64,000 nucleotides of DNA from a virus. Within the stretch, counting starts at the first letter, position 1, and each line of letters opens with the position of its first letter. The notes beneath the pieces were generated by a model. It searched no databases. It had not been told where the DNA came from and was given only the letters and a program-made list of their open reading frames with translations. This document shows, piece by piece, positions 32,201-40,970 of this stretch. The DNA lies in IMG/VR virus record IMGVR_UViG_3300000295_000002, positions 19,700 through 83,699 of that record. One strand, given 5' to 3'. The position numbers and the translations under genes were made by a program.

Positions 32201-34864
32201 AGTATCAAGAATGAGTTCTACGGTTTTCTTGTCGGCAATTCTATTAAGATATCCAAGCGAAGTTTCAAGCTCTTTATCAAACTCTTCTGCTTTACTTGTA
32301 ATATCAGCAAAGAGACCGCTGTATAATTTTTGCAATGGAACAAGCTGTTCCCAAATACCACTGCCTTCTCCTGATAATAGTATTACTTTGCGGATTGCCT
32401 CTTGCATAGCTTTGTAATATTCAAGTTCATCCGCATAGTCTTCTTTGTTTTGCTTAACAGAATGAAGGTATTCCTTTGCCGTGCCATTTAAAGACTGATA
32501 ATTTATCTTTAATATGTTTACAGCTTGGTCTATCTTTTCTGTATTGGAAAGCATTTCGTCGATTGCATCATTGTACTGATTTGCATCTTTCGTTATTCCG
32601 TCAGAAATAAATCCATCAGGGTTTTCGGCAATTTTTCTTCTTGCCTTTACAACCAAGTCTTGGAATTGCAGTAGTTTAACTTGCAGGTTTCTGAACGTTT
32701 TATCAAGTTCAGCTTCGTTAAGACCTAAAACGTTTAATTTTATATCAAAGCCCTTATCGTTTAGAGATTTAATGAGCTTTTCAATAATTGCGCGCTTTTT
32801 CTCGATTGCATCATTTCTTGAATAACTTTGTTCTTTGTTGTTTGCACCATCAATAGCATTTCCAAGTTCAGCGTATTGCCTTGCGAGGTCAAAGACTTCT
32901 GCTTTTTCCTTTACGTGTTCCGCATTTATTTTTTCAATCTGCTCATTATAATCAGAGTATAAAGAATACAATTTATATAAAGCAGAAAAAACTGCCGCAA
33001 TAGCAATAGTGTAAATGTTTGACGCAAGAGCATATTTAAGGTTTTTGCCAAAAGTCAATGCAGCAGCACCAGCAGACTTTATACCGCTAGTAAGCAGTTT
33101 CCAAGTTGTTAAATTCTTTGTTGCGTTTGCAGCCACATTTGAAGTAAACATCGCACTGAAAGCAACGCCAGTCTTTACCGATTGGAGATACATAATCGAC
33201 AATACGGAAGCAAGGGCGATACCTACATTCTTTATAGCCTCCCAATGCTTTAGTAATTCTGTTGCGGTAGAAATCATTCCCTTAAACAAGCCATCGTTAG
33301 CCTTGCCAATATCATTGAGCATCACATCGAAAGCATCCTTCAAGTTGGAAATCTTACCTTGGAGAGTTTCAGCCTGTATCTCTTGCATATTGTAGAATGT
33401 TCCACCCTTATCGGTAATGCGTTGGAATATTGCCTCAACATCCTCAAATGTAACCTTGCGCTTGGAAATCATATCAACAATCTGTGCAGTCGTGTACGCT
33501 TCTCCCTTAACTTCCTTGAAGTATTGTTGCAACTCACCATACATATTGATACCAGCCTCAGTAAACTGACGAACCTCAGAACCGCGAAGGTATGCAGCAG
33601 CCTTGACTTGTCCGTATGCAAGGATAAGTCTTCCCATATCAACGCCAAGACCTGCTGAAACATCGGCAAGTCGCTTGGTTGTATCATAAAGTTTATCAGA
33701 CTCAATTCGGTAAGCGGAAAGTTGTCGTGTGTAATCCACCAAGTCCTTGATACGGAAAGGTGATTTAACGGCAAGTTCTACTGTTTTGTTGAAAATCTCG
33801 TCTGCCTTTGGCTTGTTCTGCAAGATAGCTTCGAGTGAACGCTCTGAAAGTTCAAACTGACCTCTGACTGATGCAATCTGCTCGACAAAATTCTTGACAG
33901 AACCCACTGAGAATGCAAATGCCATACGCTGTGCCCAACGTGACATATATCCAGCCATATATGATGTTTGTTCGGTCAACGCGCGAGAATTAACACCAGC
34001 CTCTTTCAGGTTTTTGTTATGTTGCTCAATGGCAGCATTGAGAATATCCAATTTTCGCTTATAATCAGCATCTGTTTGAGACAACTTCATACGAGCCTCT
34101 TTCAGATATTCAATAGCGCGTACTTGGCGATTGAGTGTATTTGCAGTAGCAGAGAAATCCAATGCTCCTTGATAAGTTGTATTGGATTTGTAGTTTTTGT
34201 TTTGATAGTCTTTTGCCCTATCGGAATAAAGCTTTCTCTGTTTGTTGTTGTATGATTGTTCTGCGCTAACCAATCTGTCAAGAGCCTTCTGAAAAGCAAC
34301 AACACGTTCATTATACATCTGTTGCTGATATTTCAGTTCGTCTTGAAGCGATTTCTTGCGCTTTATGAGCGCATCTTGGTCTGCCTTGGTGAGGTTATTG
34401 CTTGTATCTCTAAGCATTCTTTCAATCCCACCAATTTCTTGCTTTAACTCAGCAATATTCATACCGCTAGCACCATTTGCCGATTCCTGTAATCTCTGAA
34501 ATGCAAGTGCCGCTTGCATAATACCACTAGTGCCAGAACCATTCATCTTAGATAGCTGTGCTACCATATTTTGAATGTTCTGTGCTGCTGACGTAATATT
34601 ATTGTTCGTGTTACCTACATTTGAGATGCCATTGCTTGCATTTGCAGCAGATGCATTGATTGTTGCGAGTTTTGCTATAACTTGGTCTAAAGAATCAAGG
34701 AACGGCTTAGTACCAACAGACATATCCTTGAAAGATTGTGTTACACTAGACGCGGTATTTTTAGCCGTATCTTGTATGTCTTTCAATTTCTTGTCTGCTT
34801 GTTCTATAGCATCTAACGCACTTTTAGGAATGGTTAGAGCTGCTCCTAATGATGAATCTGCCAT
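29243..34864 (-). CDS. tail tape measure protein (1873 aa)
   Basis: Very long coiled-coil-rich ORF with internal hydrophobic segments and the conserved TMP core ...GLGVDMGRLILAYGQVKAAAYLRGSEVRQFTEAGINMYGEL... Sits downstream of the major tail and chaperone genes. Confidence 0.9.
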   Translation of the reverse strand: MADSSLGAALTIPKSALDAIEQADKKLKDIQDTAKNTASSVTQSFKDMSVGTKPFLDSLDQVIAKLATINASAANASNGISNVGNTNNNITSAAQNIQNMVAQLSKMNGSGTSGIMQAALAFQRLQESANGASGMNIAELKQEIGGIERMLRDTSNNLTKADQDALIKRKKSLQDELKYQQQMYNERVVAFQKALDRLVSAEQSYNNKQRKLYSDRAKDYQNKNYKSNTTYQGALDFSATANTLNRQVRAIEYLKEARMKLSQTDADYKRKLDILNAAIEQHNKNLKEAGVNSRALTEQTSYMAGYMSRWAQRMAFAFSVGSVKNFVEQIASVRGQFELSERSLEAILQNKPKADEIFNKTVELAVKSPFRIKDLVDYTRQLSAYRIESDKLYDTTKRLADVSAGLGVDMGRLILAYGQVKAAAYLRGSEVRQFTEAGINMYGELQQYFKEVKGEAYTTAQIVDMISKRKVTFEDVEAIFQRITDKGGTFYNMQEIQAETLQGKISNLKDAFDVMLNDIGKANDGLFKGMISTATELLKHWEAIKNVGIALASVLSIMYLQSVKTGVAFSAMFTSNVAANATKNLTTWKLLTSGIKSAGAAALTFGKNLKYALASNIYTIAIAAVFSALYKLYSLYSDYNEQIEKINAEHVKEKAEVFDLARQYAELGNAIDGANNKEQSYSRNDAIEKKRAIIEKLIKSLNDKGFDIKLNVLGLNEAELDKTFRNLQVKLLQFQDLVVKARRKIAENPDGFISDGITKDANQYNDAIDEMLSNTEKIDQAVNILKINYQSLNGTAKEYLHSVKQNKEDYADELEYYKAMQEAIRKVILLSGEGSGIWEQLVPLQKLYSGLFADITSKAEEFDKELETSLGYLNRIADKKTVELILDTVAAEEGWNSWSKKHAKEYFKVTARLDTTQAKNDIASIKAQMDKAFANNTYHITFTYDPIKLDPKSAYGEFDAEAQEQLKKLQELVTKRHNLKGGTMKLAGYNEAATTREINDLYKDISQLGQGYKEAADRIMGYNKIRKNTTKHDRVQRDIINERISLLKDMSSEYQKLIKYEGEEQATADVRKHFALAAKNVGMNINNFIPDRQTIAKKIEYLASLYKELGKRGSALRNATEIRLDIDEEYFKQQLDDAKNNAQEAFSQLDLFKKLKGEGLSDSIIKSMFGDLTSSFDDVRKSITDDFEAKWGKDQNKWGDDVAKEYASQMQKLDKEVYQDQINQAQELIKAYKQQLSDQLQLDKWYIEEKQKIQSNANISKNKDLQKQLQDNLDKQYASKTDTNSWKDFQNSDMYISIFENLDHTSNRVLTAMKARLEGLRSSMKNLTPEQLKQIVEQINKIDALLVERNPYSNIGKNFKEYLKFAKQRKKLEEEYIDATQKEQILKNDQSNANKDVKNAEIAYNNAVIKYGVASKEAIQARILWDIDKERLRVITDQLVAQGKITEKQAEQIRNGQKLQKTLQQQVQNIGQNFSDAASSVTELFSALNDWGANIEMSDDLSEVVDGISKIGSSLEGIDITRPFSVVKGTIGVIGGIGKTLGGIFGWGTKDKKLQKQIENHQKAIEKLRERYSELKDAMDNAFDIERLAQYNDEMVKNLKTQNANLESMIKAEQDKKKTDNDKIEEYRKQIEANNKAIEKAEQSLTEQLGGFGTKANYKSAAEEFAKTWVDAYNEGSDALEALNDKFDEYIQNLIVKQATQRIVGKMLEPLFKKIDNAVEQGSDGGNNGLNLVKAELDNIMTTGKDKLKGVSDMLKSFVDGLGYKPKGSSNISALQQGIQSDTESTAQALESILNSLRFYVATQQADIRIIRDTLLEKLGNSISAITQDTSSSPVLIELRLQTTILTDIRDTLTSCVKGGHKQGRNGIKVFMN

Positions 34865-34883
34865 AATTCAAAAGTTTAAGAGT

Positions 34884-35108
34884 TTATAAAATAGGTATTC
34901 CAAGGTCATTGAGATTTCGTAAATCCTCTGCACCATTGATTACCTTTGCATTCTTTAATTTGTCGTTCTTCTGATTTTTGTCTTTGTCTGACGAAATATA
35001 TTCAATATGAGTAAAATCCATAGACGCAAGGCGAATCTGCGGAACGGTCATTCTCCACTTATATTCTTCTTGCGAGCACCATGTGTTGGCACGTAAGAAA
35101 TCTATCAT
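34884..35108 (-). CDS. hypothetical protein (tail assembly region)
   Basis: 74 aa. ATGA overlap with the upstream gene. Confidence 0.5.
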   Translation of the reverse strand: MIDFLRANTWCSQEEYKWRMTVPQIRLASMDFTHIEYISSDKDKNQKNDKLKNAKVINGAEDLRNLNDLGIPIL

Positions 35109-35662
35109 TTGTCCGTATTCTGTTCGTGATGGGATAATTCGGTTGCTTGCTTCTTCCTCATCAGAGCTTGATTGCGGACGGTCTGAATCACATTGGTACT
35201 CGCGAAGAAAAAATCCACATCTAGCAAATTGAGAATTTCAACGAGTAATGTTGCCCAATCCTTGATGTCATAGTCTCCCCAAAGCAACTGGTCGTAAACT
35301 TGTTGGTATTCCTCAGAATCAATGCGTTTTTTGTCATTGAGCAAGGATAGTGTGATTACTCTTGCCACCGATGGAATATTGATAGCAAACTCCTTGATAA
35401 CGTCACCCATTGATAAGTTTTCGCCCTTGACTATCTTGCAAGCTTCCTCTGCAATCATCCATTGAGTGCCTGGTTTCAATGCTCTTATCTCCCACTCTGT
35501 ACCTTGTAGTTTTACAATTGTAGGAGAATCATTCATAATTTGCGCCAGACGTTCCATTGCAGCATCAGACAAAGGAGAACTAGGTAACACCTTATTCTCG
35601 TCTTCTATAGCTTGTTTCTTAGCCTTATTCGGGTCTTTTTGTGCTCTATATACTTTTCCCAT
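35105..35662 (-). CDS. putative tail assembly chaperone
   Basis: Called on position only: it lies between the major tail protein and the tape measure. 185 aa, acidic. Confidence 0.4.
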   Translation of the reverse strand: MGKVYRAQKDPNKAKKQAIEDENKVLPSSPLSDAAMERLAQIMNDSPTIVKLQGTEWEIRALKPGTQWMIAEEACKIVKGENLSMGDVIKEFAINIPSVARVITLSLLNDKKRIDSEEYQQVYDQLLWGDYDIKDWATLLVEILNLLDVDFFFASTNVIQTVRNQALMRKKQATELSHHEQNTDK

Positions 35663-35671
35663 ATATATGAA

Positions 35672-36121
35672 TTACTTTCTAATCACACTTACTGTTCCAT
35701 TATACTTCTTGGATAGGTTTTGTAGCTTTTGAAACGACATTGAAATAACTCTGTAAGATTGTTTCAGATTACCACCGCCATCTTCCAATATCTTAGCGTA
35801 TGGCATAGTCGCAACAACTGCCAAATCAATTACTCCACTAGGGGAATAATCGTTTTTGAGATATTCGTTTATCGCCTCACGACCTTTAATTTCTTCTCCA
35901 TACCAATTCTTGCCTTTGGATGCTTTTGGTGAGGACGATAAGTAACCTATCTTCTCAAGCTTGCCTTCGACATAAATGCCATATCCGTAAGAATCATAGA
36001 GGTTGTATGTTCGATGTGTGTACGTAATCTCTTGAATACATTCTCTTAACACATTCTTTGCATCCTTGTCTAATTCCTTCGTAATAAGCTTTAATGCTTT
36101 TTGGTATAATGTTTCAGCCAT
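35672..36121 (-). CDS. HK97 gp10-like tail/neck component
   Basis: VVATMPYAKILEDGGGN resembles the gp10-family motif. Supported by its position in the tail module. Confidence 0.4.
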   Translation of the reverse strand: MAETLYQKALKLITKELDKDAKNVLRECIQEITYTHRTYNLYDSYGYGIYVEGKLEKIGYLSSSPKASKGKNWYGEEIKGREAINEYLKNDYSPSGVIDLAVVATMPYAKILEDGGGNLKQSYRVISMSFQKLQNLSKKYNGTVSVIRK

Positions 36122-36203
36122 AAATGATAAAACTTAAAAAGGAGCGGACAGCATTAAAGCCGCCGCCCCTTGTATATAGTCGAGAATTGTTGAAGAACCT
36201 ACA

Positions 36204-36794
36204 TTATTCACCAGAAGTTGGCAATGAATAGTTGTGGTCGACATAGAATGGTGTGCGAACAGTCTTAGCACCAACGGTAAGCGCAATATCCTTGGCAGTA
36301 CCAGCCAATGCAATACGAGCCAAGTTTGAATTGAGAGATTCAATAGTCAACTTAGAATTGAGCTGAACCTTTGGGAGAACGTAAGCCTCCATTGTAGTTC
36401 CATTAGGTTGAACCTGTACAACATCAATCTTTGCATACTTTGCTTTGTAAATCGAAGGTGCAAGAGTCTTCTTTCCTGTTGCATCGTCTGTAAAGTCACA
36501 CAATGCAGTCAAAAGTTCCTTCTGCGTATCTCCAATCTCTGCTGCAAACTGCCACTTACCAAGCTTAACAATGGAAATGATAGGAGAGTCAGAAGTCTCA
36601 CACTCAATATCGGTGGTATCGTTATCATCTTGTGAAATAGATGTCGTGTCCTCAATAACATCCTCGAGAATGTAAGAATCACCCTTTGGAGCAGATTCGT
36701 CACTCTCTGTGCCATCGAACAATGTGGCAACAATATAATCTGGCTTGATGAACTTGACAGCTCCCGCACCAGTATTTATAACCTTTTTCGCCAT
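36204..36794 (-). CDS. major tail protein
   Basis: 196 aa, beta-rich. Its position upstream of the chaperones and the TMP fits. Confidence 0.6.
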   Translation of the reverse strand: MAKKVINTGAGAVKFIKPDYIVATLFDGTESDESAPKGDSYILEDVIEDTTSISQDDNDTTDIECETSDSPIISIVKLGKWQFAAEIGDTQKELLTALCDFTDDATGKKTLAPSIYKAKYAKIDVVQVQPNGTTMEAYVLPKVQLNSKLTIESLNSNLARIALAGTAKDIALTVGAKTVRTPFYVDHNYSLPTSGE

Positions 36795-36838
36795 AATATA
36801 ATGAGTTTTAAATGTTACATTTAATAGATTTTATATAT

Positions 36839-37237
36839 TTATCTTGCGATAACTGAAACAGAAATCATCTGAAAATGGAACTGGCGGTTTGAATCATATC
36901 CGCTATCACGGTAAAGAACTTGAATTGTATAGTCCTTATTATTAGAGTGTTTAATCACATCGTCAAGGATTCCTTCCATCTTATCCAGTAACTTTACATT
37001 CTTTCTAAGTGGAGTTCCCTTTGGTCTTGCATAGAGATAAATGTTAGCATAGCCAGAGGAATAACCGCCATAATCTCTTTGCTGACCAACGTCCACATTG
37101 ACAAAATCATCCCAGTTCTTACTAGTTGTAGGTGGTAATTCTCCGACAAATATGTTGTCTGAGATTTTTCCCTTAGTAAGAAGCATCGAAAAGAAATTCT
37201 CAATTCGAGACAATCTGCGATTAATCCTCTGTGCCAT
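36839..37237 (-). CDS. head-tail joining / tail completion protein
   Basis: Called on position and size (132 aa). Confidence 0.45.
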   Translation of the reverse strand: MAQRINRRLSRIENFFSMLLTKGKISDNIFVGELPPTTSKNWDDFVNVDVGQQRDYGGYSSGYANIYLYARPKGTPLRKNVKLLDKMEGILDDVIKHSNNKDYTIQVLYRDSGYDSNRQFHFQMISVSVIAR

Positions 37238-37278
37238 ACCTTGTTATCCTAAATACATTTTACCTTATGATGAAAAAA

Positions 37279-37710
37279 CTAAATATCAGTACCCTTGATG
37301 TAAGCTACACATCCGTGCATCTGTGTCGGATAAACGCCGATAACCATTCCGTCAACGTCCATTCCGTACATTTTTCCACGGAAACGAATGCCAGCATTTA
37401 AACATTCTGGAATATATTCTTCATCTTTTCCGTCTTCTCCTTCTTTCGTTGGCATCGGAAAATAGATTGTATATCCTAGCGTAACAACACCCGAATTAAA
37501 GAGTTTGTTTGTTTCCTGAATATCGCAATCAGTTTCAAAAATGATAGTTTCTACATTTTTTGTTTCTGACTCACCTGCACTAGTATCAGTATCACCTAAC
37601 ATATCCCCATCGCTTCCGATAAGGTCTCCATCTTCTTTCGGTTTTTGTTCCGAGCGGTAGAACACGCCATGATAGGCATATTCATCCAAAGCATTTCTGT
37701 CAGTGTACAT
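37279..37710 (-). CDS. head closure / neck protein
   Basis: Called on position and size (143 aa). Confidence 0.45.
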   Translation of the reverse strand: MYTDRNALDEYAYHGVFYRSEQKPKEDGDLIGSDGDMLGDTDTSAGESETKNVETIIFETDCDIQETNKLFNSGVVTLGYTIYFPMPTKEGEDGKDEEYIPECLNAGIRFRGKMYGMDVDGMVIGVYPTQMHGCVAYIKGTDI

Positions 37711-37713
37711 AGC

Positions 37714-38100
37714 TTACCAATCTGTTTCTTCAATCCATTTAACCTCTCCATCGGTTTCATTGAGAGCATCAAGTTTCTCATCCTCTCCATACTTCTTGTA
37801 AAGTCTTTTGAGTTCTGATTTGATACTCAGCAATGCCGCCGACGTGATGGTCTGAGCACCTACTGTAAGAGTATATGCGCCATGTTGGTTTGTGGTTGAT
37901 GCTGTCTGATAGACACCGAATACAATCTTTTCCAAGAGTGCAATCTTACATCTGTCTTTCTGTTCTTCTGTCAAGTCCAAATAAGACTCAACATCAGAAA
38001 CGCCGCAATCCAAAGCGACATTGTTTAGTGCCGACTTGTCAAAGACAAAGTTAGTCATGCCGCTCAAATAGTCCAATATATCAAACTTCGATGCTGCCAT
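37714..38100 (-). CDS. head-tail connector protein
   Basis: Directly downstream of the capsid gene (128 aa). Confidence 0.45.
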   Translation of the reverse strand: MAASKFDILDYLSGMTNFVFDKSALNNVALDCGVSDVESYLDLTEEQKDRCKIALLEKIVFGVYQTASTTNQHGAYTLTVGAQTITSAALLSIKSELKRLYKKYGEDEKLDALNETDGEVKWIEETDW

Positions 38101-38151
38101 TGAGAGATAAATGAATTAAATGTTATCGTATATTGTGAGTGAACCACACCA

Positions 38152-39333
38152 TTAACTACCTGCTGTTGAGGTATCAATGATTACGTGGTTCATAAAGTCG
38201 AGAAGTGCAGGGCAAGCCGACATCATGACCTTAGTCTGCCATTCGCGGAACTGACCGTTATCCATTGCGTAGTTTCCTACGGTAACGAGTCCGTCAGCGA
38301 TTGAAGCCCAAGAAACATCAATGTTCTTTGCGCCATACTTCTGTTGAAGTGTCTGGTCGTAGATAGGAGTCCACTTGAACTCAACGCTATCACCGGTAGG
38401 GCAAAGTACAACAATCTTATCATCCCAACCTTGCACGAATGTGTCAGTTGTAACAGTCTTGTTGCGCTCCTTCTCAACTACAATCTCGATAGGTGAAAGA
38501 CCTGTCATGTCTGAAAGTGATTTCTTGAAGTCTTCGTCCAAAATCTGCATGTTAGCAGTATATGCGCGGTCGTGAGCCTTGCACCAGTTGATGTACCACT
38601 CCTTAACTTCCTTGTTCTGCAAGAATACATCGCGGTACATCTTGCGAGTCATCTTCCATACGAGAGAAATCTCAGTACCGCCACGCTCATCGCGATAATC
38701 GTCTTCAATCTTTCTCATCTGTGAGATAAGGTTGCAGTCTGGGTCAGTCCAAGTTTTCGCACCAGCTTTCTTGCGGTTCTCTGTTGGGAATGGCTCAACC
38801 TTCTGCAAGAACTGCTGCAAACCTTCACCCTTGCCCTTCCAACTCATCTTTGCAGTTGTCATAATCTGTGCTGTCAAGTTAGAGAGTGTTGCCTCTGCTG
38901 AGTTCTTACCTACCTGAACAACATCGCGCACCCAAGCAGCCATAAGGTCTGCATCGTTTCCGAACTGCTCAAAGAGTTTTTCCTTATACTCGCGTTGTCT
39001 TGCGTTTTCAGACCACTTGTAACCGATGAAGTCTGGAATTGTACCTGTGTACATCTCCAAGCCCTCGTTGTCCATTTCTGGAGCATCGCCAAGTGGAGCG
39101 CGAAGGTGCATCAAAGGAGCTGCCTCTGCCTTGCGAGACTTGATGCTGAATGAAGCCACGCCATCGTAGTCTGTAGGTGTAGGCATAGAAGCTCTACGAC
39201 CTTGTGTGAGATACCATCCATAGTTGGTATAGAGCAACCCCTTGGTGTTCAAGAAGGTTCTCAGAAAGTTGATGTTATCCTTAGAAGAGAACAACTTGGC
39301 GTATCTCGAATTGTTAAAATCAAATTGTTGCAT
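38152..39333 (-). CDS. major capsid protein (lambda gpE-like placement)
   Basis: 393 aa. Follows the scaffold and a decoration-like gene, precedes the connectors, and has a strong coding signal. Confidence 0.7.
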   Translation of the reverse strand: MQQFDFNNSRYAKLFSSKDNINFLRTFLNTKGLLYTNYGWYLTQGRRASMPTPTDYDGVASFSIKSRKAEAAPLMHLRAPLGDAPEMDNEGLEMYTGTIPDFIGYKWSENARQREYKEKLFEQFGNDADLMAAWVRDVVQVGKNSAEATLSNLTAQIMTTAKMSWKGKGEGLQQFLQKVEPFPTENRKKAGAKTWTDPDCNLISQMRKIEDDYRDERGGTEISLVWKMTRKMYRDVFLQNKEVKEWYINWCKAHDRAYTANMQILDEDFKKSLSDMTGLSPIEIVVEKERNKTVTTDTFVQGWDDKIVVLCPTGDSVEFKWTPIYDQTLQQKYGAKNIDVSWASIADGLVTVGNYAMDNGQFREWQTKVMMSACPALLDFMNHVIIDTSTAGS

Positions 39334-39393
39334 ATCCTGAATACTTAAATTAATGATATGTTATCATATTATTATCCTATTGAATTGGAGCGG

Positions 39394-40164
39394 TTAGAAT
39401 CCGAACCATCCGTTCTCTGTTCTTGTGTTCATCGCAAGTACGGCTGGTGGAAGCTTGTTGCACTTTGCCAAGTTCAAGATTACTCTTGAATCCTTAATCA
39501 ATGCTGGAGCGTAAGAGTACTGAGCACCCTCGCCATCCTCAACATTGCTTGATAAGTTAGGGTCATAGAAGAAGTCGTTATCGCGGTCGAAGTAAGCGTT
39601 AGGATTTGTAACCATAGGAGCTACGGATGAGCCTTTCTTTTCTGCCTCTACGAGAATATCGCCAACATTCAATACAACTGCAAGAGTTGCTGAAAGAGTG
39701 AGCTTCCAAACATCCTTGCCACCTTCGGTTGCTTTCTCTACAGCTGTAACGGTAACACCCAAAGACTTCTTCGTAAAGTCTGACTGTGCCACCATGATAT
39801 TATCACCTGCAAAAGGAGTGTGATGATAGCCATCATTGACAACCAAAATATCAGTATCGGTGATTGTAGCTGCCTTTGCCAACTCGTAATACTTCAAAAT
39901 CTTGACGGTCTGACCGCCATTCTTGCCGTAAGTGTCTGGGTCATATTCGCAAAAATCACCTGCGTAAATCTTAGCGCGACCCTTGAACGGATTTTTGATA
40001 ACACCACCAAAAGGAGGGTAAACGAATGCGTCCTTGTTGCCGCTTACGAGGTTAATGAAAACGCTTCTATGACCGCCAATCTTACCATGTGCTTGGATAA
40101 GTGTACGACCGCCAAAGTGACCGCCATATCCATGCTTCAAATAGAAATCATCTGCTGCTGCCAT
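39394..40164 (-). CDS. capsid accessory / decoration-like protein
   Basis: 256 aa, between the scaffold and major capsid genes, as lambda D sits before E. Confidence 0.4.
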   Translation of the reverse strand: MAAADDFYLKHGYGGHFGGRTLIQAHGKIGGHRSVFINLVSGNKDAFVYPPFGGVIKNPFKGRAKIYAGDFCEYDPDTYGKNGGQTVKILKYYELAKAATITDTDILVVNDGYHHTPFAGDNIMVAQSDFTKKSLGVTVTAVEKATEGGKDVWKLTLSATLAVVLNVGDILVEAEKKGSSVAPMVTNPNAYFDRDNDFFYDPNLSSNVEDGEGAQYSYAPALIKDSRVILNLAKCNKLPPAVLAMNTRTENGWFGF

Positions 40165-40199
40165 AATTTGTAAATTTGTTAAATAGTGAATGAATAATG

Positions 40200-40829
40200 T
40201 TATTCGCCTGCGTCAGGGTTCACGATACCCACAACATCAGAGAAATCGTCAGCCTTATCGTTGTCACCACCGCCAGCACTACCTGGAGTGTTGTTGTTTG
40301 ACTTCGAATGAGAGAGATTGTAGAACTCCTCTGCATCCGTAAATTCCTGTTCGATGTCAGAATCCTTGGTGAGGTTCAACTTGCTCATGTACTTGTCAAT
40401 CCACTTACTATCGTTGATACCTTTCTCCTTGAACTTGGCGAGAAGTTCACTACGTTTCTGTGATACAAGCTTAGAGGCTTCGTGCTCTGCATCCTTCTTC
40501 TCTAGAGCTTCCAAGCGTTCCAAAAGCTTCTTTTCTACAGCCGAAGGCTCTTTGTTATCGTCCTTTGGATTTGGCTTAATGTCGGGATGCTCATCGTTCC
40601 ATTTCTTGATGAAGTCGGCATTGTCCTTCTCGTAGTTGCCGTTAAGGGAAACATACTGCGGCAAAATCTTCTTCACCAAATCATCTAACTCTGTATCTTC
40701 ACCAACTAAGAGGTCAAAGTGGGAATCACTCAAACTCTTGATTGTCTTTTCACTGATGGAAAGGTGTTTTCCGTTTGCAGTGAGCTTTGCTTTTAGGGTG
40801 TCTAAAAGTTGTTGTTTTGTAAACTTCAT
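40200..40829 (-). CDS. scaffolding protein
   Basis: 209 aa, acidic and helical/coiled-coil. First gene of the head operon. Confidence 0.55.
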   Translation of the reverse strand: MKFTKQQLLDTLKAKLTANGKHLSISEKTIKSLSDSHFDLLVGEDTELDDLVKKILPQYVSLNGNYEKDNADFIKKWNDEHPDIKPNPKDDNKEPSAVEKKLLERLEALEKKDAEHEASKLVSQKRSELLAKFKEKGINDSKWIDKYMSKLNLTKDSDIEQEFTDAEEFYNLSHSKSNNNTPGSAGGGDNDKADDFSDVVGIVNPDAGE

Positions 40830-40854
40830 ATTACTAATTTTTAAAATTCTGCTG

Positions 40855-40862
40855 CAAAGATA
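40855..40862 (-). promoter_or_regulatory. -7 promoter box (TATCTTTG), leftward, head/tail operon
   Basis: Reverse complement of caaagata, about 25 nt upstream of the ATG at 40829. Confidence 0.5.
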
Positions 40863-40958
40863 ATTAAATAATGTGGTGATTTTTAGGTTTTTAGAAACTC
40901 TATTTGTTACGTAACCAATATAGAATTAATTTCACTCTATTATATATTATAAATTAGG

Positions 40959-40966
40959 TATCTTTG
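40959..40966 (+). promoter_or_regulatory. -7 promoter box (TATCTTTG), rightward, terminase operon
   Basis: The box ends 4 nt before the terL ATG at 40971, implying a leaderless or near-leaderless mRNA. Confidence 0.5.
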
Positions 40967-40970
40967 CAGC

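Noticed and set aside
29762-34447. Many 60-126 aa ORFs on the plus strand and in alternative minus frames inside the tape measure gene
   Set aside because: They are fully embedded in a 5.6 kb ORF with strong coding character. They are typical shadow ORFs.
34884-35662. Programmed -1 frameshift (G/GT-type) between the two ORFs upstream of the tape measure gene
   Set aside because: The junction is a simple ATGA stop/start overlap (GACAAATGATAG). I could not find a slippery heptamer.
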